A DNA stretch of 64,000 bases from a virus (taxonomy: Duplodnaviria > Caudoviricetes), in the IMG/VR virus record IMGVR_UViG_2974731290_000001, positions 1 to 64,000 of that record. One strand, written 5' to 3'. The notes beneath the pieces were generated by a model. The model had not been told where the DNA came from and did not search any database. It was given only the letters and a program-made list of their open reading frames with translations. The translations under genes and the position numbers were made by a program. Below, piece after piece: positions 1 to 7,552 of this stretch (position 1 is its first letter; every line of letters starts with the position of its first letter).

Positions 1-231
1 AACAAATGTCGTCATTTCTTCGATGTTACAACTGGAAAAAGTATAGCAATGAAAGAACATCTAATAAACTGTCTTAAATTTGAGCTCGATAAAAAGAGTA
101 GAGAAGGAAAGATAAGTTATATGAAGACGATGTGGAGATGGTTAATAGATCATCAATGGGAAGAAACTGAGGCGGAGATGCAGGATGTAGAACAAAAACA
201 AACCAATACATATGGAACAGAATTATTGTGA
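1..231 (+). CDS. 5'-truncated conserved crAss-like replication-module protein upstream of the helicase
   Basis: Frame is open from base 1 to TGA at 229-231 and overlaps the helicase start. Confidence 0.6.
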   Translation, partial: NKCRHFFDVTTGKSIAMKEHLINCLKFELDKKSREGKISYMKTMWRWLIDHQWEETEAEMQDVEQKQTNTYGTELL

Positions 232-1138
232 TGTGGTACGACCAATGTCGGTTGTAGCACAGGAAGCGGTAAATTATATCGCTGGTAGAAGGGAACACAA
301 TATAACATCACTTAAAACGCGATGGATGAAGTTCAATAAACAGTGTATGGGTGGAATTGAACCTAATACGGTTTATACTATAGCAGGCATTTCAGGAAGC
401 GGTAAGAGTAGCATGGCTAATCTTATACAGACAGATATAATTGATTTGAATCCAAATGAGGATGTTATTGTTTTAACCTTTTCATTAGAAATGGTTGGAT
501 TTAGGCAAGTTGGAAGAACGCTCTCAAATAAGCTTCGGAGAACGACTTCGACTTTGTATAGTTCGGAAACGGACCTTGATGAAAGTACATTTAAAGACGT
601 AATCAATGTTTCCAATCAGCTAAAGAAGTACCCGATTTATTTTGTAGATAACCCGAGTACTCCTACGCAAGTTAACAATATTATCCAATGGTTCTATAAT
701 AAGTATGTAAAAGATACAAATAAGCATTTCGTAATCATTTATGATCACGCTTTGCTTACGAAACAAGAAGGCAGTATGATTGAAACAATTAGTGAACTAG
801 AGCGAGTATTTATACAAGCTAAAAAACTACCACTAACTTCAGTTATACAATTAGCTCAAATGAATCGTAATATAGAACAACCAGAGAGAATTAACAATCC
901 AATGTCGCATTATCCTATGAGAAGCGACTTATCATCATCAGATTCGATTTTTCAGGCAAGTGATTACGTTTTAGTAATACATAGACCGGAGATATTGAAT
1001 ATACAGGAATATGGTCCTAATCATCTACCTGTAAACAATAAAGTATACCTTCACATGTTAAAAAATAGAGATGCTGGAAAACCATGTATACTTGAATTCG
1101 AGAATGACCTTATGTATAACAATTTGATCGAATCGTAA
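212..1138 (+). CDS. dnaB: DnaB-like (SF4) replicative helicase
   Basis: Walker A GISGSGKS, FSLEM, IIYDH, QLAQMNR, SDLSSSDSIFQASD and KNRD motifs. Confidence 0.9.
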   Translation: MEQNYCDVVRPMSVVAQEAVNYIAGRREHNITSLKTRWMKFNKQCMGGIEPNTVYTIAGISGSGKSSMANLIQTDIIDLNPNEDVIVLTFSLEMVGFRQVGRTLSNKLRRTTSTLYSSETDLDESTFKDVINVSNQLKKYPIYFVDNPSTPTQVNNIIQWFYNKYVKDTNKHFVIIYDHALLTKQEGSMIETISELERVFIQAKKLPLTSVIQLAQMNRNIEQPERINNPMSHYPMRSDLSSSDSIFQASDYVLVIHRPEILNIQEYGPNHLPVNNKVYLHMLKNRDAGKPCILEFENDLMYNNLIES

Positions 1139-1161
1139 TCTGATATAAGAAGGCTGAAAAT

Positions 1162-1626
1162 ATGAAAACATATACATTTAACGCAAACGAGTGCAATAAC
1201 ACAAGTAATTCTATCAATTCATTTTTTCGTACAACCACAGACTATTCTGCGATGCTTGATGATATTATTACTGCTGATATAGTTAAGAAAAACTCTTATC
1301 TTTTCGGTGCATCTACGAGTGTTAATATAACAAACAGTCATAACGATTCTTTCAACCCGAAGGAGTTTGCAAAGGCTGTTGAGTTCTTGGCAAACTATAA
1401 GGAGCCGAAGAACAATAAGAAGCTTAATATTATTATTGGTGAGACATACTTCCTCATGGATGGTACCCCTATTATCTTCTATGACGACGAGATACAGATT
1501 GGTTTTGATACCTTTAAGTATTCAGACTTTGCCTTGTCTTCTCTTATCGAGAATCTCAAGCCGAGTACAAAGAAGATTATCATCGATATTTACACAAAGA
1601 CAAACACAATTAACATTAAGTTATAA
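1162..1626 (+). CDS. hypothetical protein
   Basis: 154-aa ORF in operon context, TAA stop. Confidence 0.7.
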   Translation: MKTYTFNANECNNTSNSINSFFRTTTDYSAMLDDIITADIVKKNSYLFGASTSVNITNSHNDSFNPKEFAKAVEFLANYKEPKNNKKLNIIIGETYFLMDGTPIIFYDDEIQIGFDTFKYSDFALSSLIENLKPSTKKIIIDIYTKTNTINIKL

Positions 1627-1649
1627 ACAATATAAAGAGCCATTGAGCC

Positions 1650-2384
1650 ATGATTATATTACCTACACAAAAAGTTCCAGCAAGTTCAACTAACCCTTCA
1701 TTCTTAATTCTTTATGGACGTCCAAAATCAGGAAAGACTTCATGTCTTGCTCAGTTAGATAATAATCTAATTGTCGATCTTGAGGGAGGATCTACATTTA
1801 TCGAAGCTCTTGCAGTACAAGCAAGAAGTGTGAATGATTTAGGAGAAATTGCTCAAGCCGTTAGAGCTAAGAATTCCGAAGTAGGACATAATTTTTATAA
1901 GCATATCACTATTGATAATGCGACTCGATTAGAGGAAATATGTCTGCCGTATGCAGCAACATTATATCGACAAACTCCAATTGCAAAAAACTGGAAAGGT
2001 ACAGATGTACGTACTCTTCCAAATGGTTCTGGATATTTCTATATTAGACAAGCCGTTCGTAAGGTAATAGATATGTTCAGAGAATTGTGTGACGAGTTTA
2101 TTTTGGTAGGACATGTAAAAGATGTTCAAGTTGACCAAAACGGTGAGGAATTATCAGAAATGGCATTAGACTTGGTTGGTAAACTCAGTTCTATCATTTG
2201 CGGAGAAGCTGATGCCGTAGGGTATCTGTATCGTAAAGGCAATGAGACCCATATAAGCTTTAAAGGTGGCGATGGAACCATCAAAGAAGCTCGTGCTCCA
2301 CATCTTCGCGGAAAAGACATCATTATTGCTACAGGCAATGAAGATGGTACAATAACAACAGATTGGAAACAGATATATAAATAA
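1650..2384 (+). CDS. AAA_24 / Sak4-like P-loop ATPase (putative single-strand annealing recombinase)
   Basis: LYGRPKSGKTS Walker A, IVDLEGGS, ITIDN and ILVGH motifs; followed by an SSB-like gene. Confidence 0.8.
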   Translation: MIILPTQKVPASSTNPSFLILYGRPKSGKTSCLAQLDNNLIVDLEGGSTFIEALAVQARSVNDLGEIAQAVRAKNSEVGHNFYKHITIDNATRLEEICLPYAATLYRQTPIAKNWKGTDVRTLPNGSGYFYIRQAVRKVIDMFRELCDEFILVGHVKDVQVDQNGEELSEMALDLVGKLSSIICGEADAVGYLYRKGNETHISFKGGDGTIKEARAPHLRGKDIIIATGNEDGTITTDWKQIYK

Positions 2385-2392
2385 TAAAGATT

Positions 2393-2998
2393 ATGTACAA
2401 TACTAAAACAGCAACAATTAATAACGAAGAGTTTAATTCTAACTATATTCCAGTTGGTATTAATGATAATATTACACTTAAAGAAGTTTCTGTAGAGAAA
2501 AGTCCGCAAGGAAAAGATTTCTTACGTGTAACGTTTGAAAACGAGGCTGGTCAGACCGCCGAATTTACCGAATGGAAGAATGAAAAGAATATGTGGATAA
2601 AGACTGATGCAGATCTTCAGAATAAAGATAATCAGCAGTTTGGTCGAATTATCCAGTTGATTAATTGTTTTACAACTACACCAGACGTCGAGATTAATAG
2701 TTTCGATGAAATGATTAAGTGGGTAAAGGGTATCCTTGATCCATTTATTAAAGACAAAAAGAATTTACGTCTTAAGGTTACATATAATAAGAATGGTTAT
2801 ACACAGGTATCAAAGTATGGTACTTATGTAGAACCTATGGATGTAGCTGAGTCTCAGATAAAGTTGTTCAAGAACGATTTGCTTGAACGACCAGTAAAAG
2901 CTGATGCTGAAAAGCCAGCTGATCCGCTTGCAACTAACCCTATGAATGTTGACACTCCGGTTACTGAGGCAAAAGATGTAAACGAACTTCCGTTCTAA
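2393..2998 (+). CDS. ssb: single-stranded DNA-binding protein (crAss-type)
   Basis: Acidic C-terminal tail ending DVNELPF; sits after the Sak4-like ATPase. Confidence 0.7.
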   Translation: MYNTKTATINNEEFNSNYIPVGINDNITLKEVSVEKSPQGKDFLRVTFENEAGQTAEFTEWKNEKNMWIKTDADLQNKDNQQFGRIIQLINCFTTTPDVEINSFDEMIKWVKGILDPFIKDKKNLRLKVTYNKNGYTQVSKYGTYVEPMDVAESQIKLFKNDLLERPVKADAEKPADPLATNPMNVDTPVTEAKDVNELPF

Positions 2999-3005
2999 CT
3001 TTTAG

Positions 3006-3180
3006 TAACTGGTGGAGTTTTCGGTTAATCCCGAATATCAGGAGAGGTTGGTTCTTCTCCTGATAACAATGTGCGAAATCAATATGTTAAACGTTTAAAG
3101 CCGCTTGTAGGGACAAGTGTCAGGTGTGAGTCCTGCCGTTTAGTAATTGGTTTATGTTTTTGTTATACGCACATCAGTTA
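3006..3180 (+). ncRNA. unidentified multibranch structured RNA with a T-loop-like arm
   Basis: Nested complementarity: TAACTGG/TCAGTTA, TTCGG/CCGAA, TATCAGGAGA/TCTCCTGATA, GTGCG/CGCAC, AAATCAAT/ATTGGTTT, TAAACG/CGTTTA, CTTGT/ACAAG and CAGG-TGTGAGT-CCTG. Confidence 0.5.
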
Positions 3181-3201
3181 GGGCTCTGTAAAAGCCCACA
3201 T

Positions 3202-3272
3202 TGAAATATGGTGTAAAGGTAGCACAATAGATTTTGGTTCTATTAGTCTGGGTTCGAATCCTAGTGTTTCAA
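3202..3272 (+). tRNA. tRNA-Gln (TTG)
   Basis: Acceptor TGAAATA/TGTTTCA (U1-A72), anticodon arm ATAGA-TTTTGGT-TCTAT, T arm CTGGG-TTCGAAT-CCTAG; CCA not encoded. Confidence 0.9.
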
Positions 3273-3278
3273 CAATAT

Positions 3279-3364
3279 ACCTCGATGGCGAAATAGGTAG
3301 ACGCTGCGGAATTAAAATCCGCTGTTCCGAAAGGAATTTGTGGGTTCGATTCCCATTCGAGGTA
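3279..3364 (+). tRNA. tRNA-Leu (TAA), long variable arm
   Basis: Acceptor ACCTCGA/TCGAGGT, anticodon arm GCGGA-ATTAAAA-TCCGC, variable hairpin TTCC-GAAA-GGAA, T arm GTGGG-TTCGATT-CCCAT. Confidence 0.9.
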
Positions 3365-3524
3365 CATGGGAAGTTATACGGATGCATACGTGATAACAAC
3401 GTAACACACAGGCTTTATGAAATATAATGTAAGTTTAGCCCTGTATCTAAGCGTATCTTAGATGTGTTCCAGTGCATGTGGGTATACTGGTGAGTAGGGA
3501 ATCTTGTTAAGGTGACCTACAATA

Positions 3525-3597
3525 CGCCGTAAATAGCATTTTGTGGTTCAATGCGCTCTTTATGAGAGATACTTAGGTTCGACTCCTAAGACGGCAC
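3525..3597 (+). tRNA. atypical/pseudo tRNA with shortened anticodon arm (anticodon uncertain, possibly TAT)
   Basis: GCCGT/ACGGC acceptor core, D arm GCATT/AATGC, perfect T arm TTAGG-TTCGACT-CCTAA; anticodon arm is only CTCT-TTATG-AGAG. Confidence 0.5.
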
Positions 3598-3623
3598 AAA
3601 TACTAACTAAGAACTTATAAGTC

Positions 3624-4601
3624 ATGTATAGTACAAAAACAGCAATCACAGTAAGTATAAAAGACTTACTTGATAAACTGGATGATTATGACATTTATTC
3701 TTATTATGTAGGTGATTTTAAAGTTGGAAAGTTGTTTAATAGTCCATTAAGAACAACTGATAAAAATCCATCTTTTGCTATATTTAAAGGTATAAACGGA
3801 GGTTTATTCTTTAAAGATCACGGAAGTGGTGAAGGAGGTAATGCTCTTAAGTTTATAAAACTTATAAAGAATATACAAACAAGAGATAAACTTGAACAAG
3901 AACTGTTGCGCATCGTCCGAAAAACGAATCCTAATAATGGTATTGTTAAATGCACATACTCCAATTCGGTGGATTCGGGGTCAACAGATATTGGAATAGT
4001 TCGTCAACCATTCACTGAAGTAGATAAACAATATTGGAAACAATTTCATATATCATTAGATACATTGAAATTGTATCAAGTATTTAGTATAAAATACTTT
4101 CTTTGTAATAGAGTCGTCAGTGGAACCTACAAAGAATCTAATCCTATGTATGCGTATAAAGTGTTTGATAAATTTAAAATATATCGACCACTTGCTTCCA
4201 AGTATACTAAATGGCGCACTAACCTAACTAATAGTGACGTCCAGGGATTAGCCGAATTGCCTAAGGAAGGAGGTAATCTATTGATAATCACAAAAAGTCT
4301 AAAAGACGTTATGTGTTTACACGAGATGGGTTTTTATGCTATAGCTGCATCAAGTGAAACTACGTTTATACCTGAGAATATTATAAAATCATTACGTAGT
4401 AAATGGAAACATATTGTGATAATATATGATAGAGATAAAACAGGAATGTTAGAGTCTCGTAAGTATAGTAAACAATATAAAATAGATGCTATATTCGTCC
4501 ACAAAAAATTTAAAGCAAAAGACATTTCAGATGCAATAAGAGACAATTCTTATACTGAAGTGAAAAAGTGGTTAGCTAAAACATTGGAAAAATATGATTG
4601 A
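3624..4601 (+). CDS. dnaG: DNA primase (crAss-type DnaG/TOPRIM)
   Basis: SPLRTTDKNPSF, FKDHG, IITKSLKDVM, TOPRIM YDRDKTG and KDISD motifs. Confidence 0.85.
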   Translation: MYSTKTAITVSIKDLLDKLDDYDIYSYYVGDFKVGKLFNSPLRTTDKNPSFAIFKGINGGLFFKDHGSGEGGNALKFIKLIKNIQTRDKLEQELLRIVRKTNPNNGIVKCTYSNSVDSGSTDIGIVRQPFTEVDKQYWKQFHISLDTLKLYQVFSIKYFLCNRVVSGTYKESNPMYAYKVFDKFKIYRPLASKYTKWRTNLTNSDVQGLAELPKEGGNLLIITKSLKDVMCLHEMGFYAIAASSETTFIPENIIKSLRSKWKHIVIIYDRDKTGMLESRKYSKQYKIDAIFVHKKFKAKDISDAIRDNSYTEVKKWLAKTLEKYD

Positions 4602-4827
4602 AACTTTGATTCTATCAACTCTGTGCGGTTTTGCAGCAGGGTTGTTATCATATACAATCGCAAATAGTGGCTCTATGCGATTCTTTAAAGTAAATCCGAA
4701 TGTAAATGTTCGCATTTTTAAAAACGATAATGGAACGTTTTCGGTAACTGTAAAATCAAAAAAGTCTGAAATATTTATTCTTGGAAACAAACTTGGTGTA
4801 AAATCATTAAGTTATGGAAAAGAGTAA
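4594..4827 (+). CDS. small hypothetical membrane protein
   Basis: Hydrophobic N-terminus; overlaps both neighbouring genes. Confidence 0.55.
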   Translation: MIETLILSTLCGFAAGLLSYTIANSGSMRFFKVNPNVNVRIFKNDNGTFSVTVKSKKSEIFILGNKLGVKSLSYGKE

Positions 4828-5203
4828 AGGTAGAGTAAAAAATGCGACAAAGGTCAATAAGTATGGTATAGAGTTTAGAAGTAAACTCGAATGTTATACT
4901 TATGAAGCTTTTATGAATGCTGGAATTCCAGTAGAATATGAGCCAAAGCATTTTACTGTATTAGACAAATTTGAATATTTACAAGAGAAAATCAGAGCCA
5001 TTACATATTTACCAGACTTTATTGGACACTATAAAGACAAAAAGTTTGTTGTAGAATGTAAAGGTATGATAACGGAATCGTTTCCGTTACGATGGAAATT
5101 GTTTAAAAATTATTTAAAACGTCATCGAAGTAAACATAAATGTTATTTGGTTAGAAACCATAAACAAGTTGAAGAGATGATAAAAGACATTAAATGCGAA
5201 TGA
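4814..5203 (+). CDS. PD-(D/E)XK endonuclease (T7 endonuclease I / DUF1064-like, possible resolvase)
   Basis: FRSKLE ... YLPDF ... VECKG motif set. Confidence 0.8.
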   Translation: MEKSKGRVKNATKVNKYGIEFRSKLECYTYEAFMNAGIPVEYEPKHFTVLDKFEYLQEKIRAITYLPDFIGHYKDKKFVVECKGMITESFPLRWKLFKNYLKRHRSKHKCYLVRNHKQVEEMIKDIKCE

Positions 5204-5979
5204 ATACAGAATTTATTAAAAACGGTAAAGAAATAACTACAAAACAAAATGGTGAAGATTATATTCTTGAAGCGGGTCGAGTATACAATTTAAAATTTAA
5301 AACTTTTAAAGGTCCTGTACTTGAAATGGATGGTGTACTTAATTTGCCAAATAAGTTATATACAACCGAAGATGAAAATAAATTTATAAACCGTATCGTT
5401 AAATATTTTAATGAACGATGTGAAAGCAATCTTGGTGTATTACTTACCGGCCTTAAAGGGTCTGGCAAAACTCTTATGAGTAAACAACTTGCAGTAAAAG
5501 TAAATCTTCCAATTATTGTTGTAGATCCACAGTTTGATGCAAAAAATCTCAATGATTTCTTTTTGAAGTTTAATCAACCTGTAGTGATATTGTTTGATGA
5601 AGTTGAAAAAAATAGTTATTACTGGGATCCAGACGATTTGTTACCATTTCTTGATGGTGTTCAGAAGTCGGGTAAACGTCTTGTAATAATGACGTGCAAC
5701 GATGATTCAAATTTATCTAATTATATGAAAGACCGATGCGGACGTATACGTTACATACGTAAGTTTAAAGGTATTTCTAATGATATGATTAAGACAATCG
5801 TATATGACTTTGTTGAAAATACAAATGAATATAAGGATAAACTTACTGATTATATAATTAATAATGTATCAGTATGTAGTTTTGACAACATTATATCATT
5901 TTGTAATGAAATAGTTATTGAAAATTATCCTAAAGATTTCAATGAAGTTATTAAATATATGAATATTACTACAAAATAA
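5194..5979 (+). CDS. AAA+ ATPase
   Basis: Walker A GLKGSGKT, Walker B ILFDEVEK, sensor MTCN, arginine finger DRCGRIRY. Confidence 0.85.
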   Translation: MRMNTEFIKNGKEITTKQNGEDYILEAGRVYNLKFKTFKGPVLEMDGVLNLPNKLYTTEDENKFINRIVKYFNERCESNLGVLLTGLKGSGKTLMSKQLAVKVNLPIIVVDPQFDAKNLNDFFLKFNQPVVILFDEVEKNSYYWDPDDLLPFLDGVQKSGKRLVIMTCNDDSNLSNYMKDRCGRIRYIRKFKGISNDMIKTIVYDFVENTNEYKDKLTDYIINNVSVCSFDNIISFCNEIVIENYPKDFNEVIKYMNITTK

Positions 5980-5982
5980 ATT

Positions 5983-6996
5983 ATGGATATATCTGTTCCT
6001 TACTATGAGGATTTTGCCCGTTTAAGTAATTCTAATATAGGTTGGTTTCTTAATAAAGGACCAACCTATTTACACAAAAAACTATCCGGTCAGCTTGAAG
6101 ATGAAACATCTCAATCTATGACTAAAGGTACCATGATACATGAATACCTATTACAGCCAGAAGAGTTCCAAAAAGACTATGTAGTCTGGGACAAAAGTAG
6201 ACCTTCTTCTACAAATGAAGAAAAGTTCTGTCAGGCATTAGCGGATAGTCTTGAAATTGAGCCAAATAAAAGCCTTCTAAGCGCATATAAAGCAGCTTAT
6301 AGTATAAGTGGAAAATCTGACGATAAAATACTCTCAGAAGCCACAAAAAAGGCCTCTACACTAAAGGAATATATAGAATTCCTAAAGAGTAGAGACCAAC
6401 GTGAAATGATTACACCATATAGTGTAAATCAACTTATGAAAATAAAAGAAAACATAAGTAATCACAAAGCAGCTTGTAAACTATTGTTACCTGTAGATAA
6501 CAAAAACGTATTTCATGAATTTCATATAAACTGGGAGTATGAAGGGAATTATAAAAACAATGATGAAGAGTGTAGTTTTACTTGTATGTGTAAGTCTTTA
6601 CTTGATAGTGTTACCTTTTCTTTTTCTGAAAAGAAAATAACATTAATGGACTTAAAAACAACATCACATTTACATAATTTTGCTGATGCTGTAAATACTT
6701 TTGATTATACAAGACAATTATACTTTTACACATTAGCCCTTCAATGGTATCTTAAAAACGAATTACATGAAAATCCAGAAGAATGGAAATTTAAATGGTA
6801 TATTATTGCAATAGATAATATGACAGGAAATATTCGTGTATTTGAATTTAATGAGAACCAAGTTTTTTATGAAAAAAATAACGTGGATAAAGTGTTTAAT
6901 GCTATACGAGACATAGTATGGCATAAAGACAATGATCTATGGGAACATAGTAGAGCTTATTATGAAGGAAACGGTATTGAAACTTTGAACCTATGA
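5983..6996 (+). CDS. PD-(D/E)XK exonuclease (RecE/Exo VIII, DUF3799-like)
   Basis: LSNS, GTMIHEYLLQPEEF, KSLLD, MDLKTT and YTRQLYFY motifs. Confidence 0.85.
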   Translation: MDISVPYYEDFARLSNSNIGWFLNKGPTYLHKKLSGQLEDETSQSMTKGTMIHEYLLQPEEFQKDYVVWDKSRPSSTNEEKFCQALADSLEIEPNKSLLSAYKAAYSISGKSDDKILSEATKKASTLKEYIEFLKSRDQREMITPYSVNQLMKIKENISNHKAACKLLLPVDNKNVFHEFHINWEYEGNYKNNDEECSFTCMCKSLLDSVTFSFSEKKITLMDLKTTSHLHNFADAVNTFDYTRQLYFYTLALQWYLKNELHENPEEWKFKWYIIAIDNMTGNIRVFEFNENQVFYEKNNVDKVFNAIRDIVWHKDNDLWEHSRAYYEGNGIETLNL

Positions 6997-7487
6997 GTCA
7001 ATTTGAAAAAATAATAATACCTCTTATAGAGCCTAAATTAAAGCCAATTGATTTTACAGATAAAACTGGATTTATAGGATGTTATACATTCGATCCAGAT
7101 AGACCTTCTTTTGATAAAGAGTTTTTTATAGTATTTAATAATGATATACGAAACGAATATACAAAAGATTTATCTGTAAGATTATCACATTCACTTAATA
7201 TAAAGAATACATATATAAAGAGAGTTAATAACATTCCTTATTATGTGTATTCTTTTTATGTTAAGCCAGAACTAAAAAAATATTATAATGGCATATTAGA
7301 TTTAACTGCAAGTCATAAGATAAAAGTAGCAAATTTTTGGTCACCGTCCGACAAATTAGTGAATAATCTACTTTCTAATACAATCTTACATACTACAGTT
7401 GATCATGATATGCCATTAACAGATTATCAACAATCTTATAAAGATAAGATAAGTTTGATAATTAAAAAAGGAGACAGTCTCAAATGA
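6993..7487 (+). CDS. conserved hypothetical protein, last gene of the + arm
   Basis: 164-aa ORF with ATGA overlap; ends inside the terminator hairpin. Confidence 0.7.
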   Translation: MSQFEKIIIPLIEPKLKPIDFTDKTGFIGCYTFDPDRPSFDKEFFIVFNNDIRNEYTKDLSVRLSHSLNIKNTYIKRVNNIPYYVYSFYVKPELKKYYNGILDLTASHKIKVANFWSPSDKLVNNLLSNTILHTTVDHDMPLTDYQQSYKDKISLIIKKGDSLK

Positions 7488-7507
7488 GATTGCCTCCTTA
7501 TTTTTTT
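7464..7507. terminator. bidirectional intrinsic terminator between the convergent arms
   Basis: A-tract, then AAGGAG-A-CAGTCTCA-AA-TGAGATTG-C-CTCCTT hairpin, then T-tract. Confidence 0.8.
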
Positions 7508-7552
7508 GTCATATATATAGAATGACAGTAATTAGCGGAAATTTTTCAATTT

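Noticed and set aside
3227-3243. Possible amber suppressor tRNA
   Set aside because: The loop reads TTTTGGT, so the anticodon is TTG, not CTA.
3178-3399. 73-aa minus-strand ORF
   Set aside because: It is the antisense reading of the two tRNA genes.
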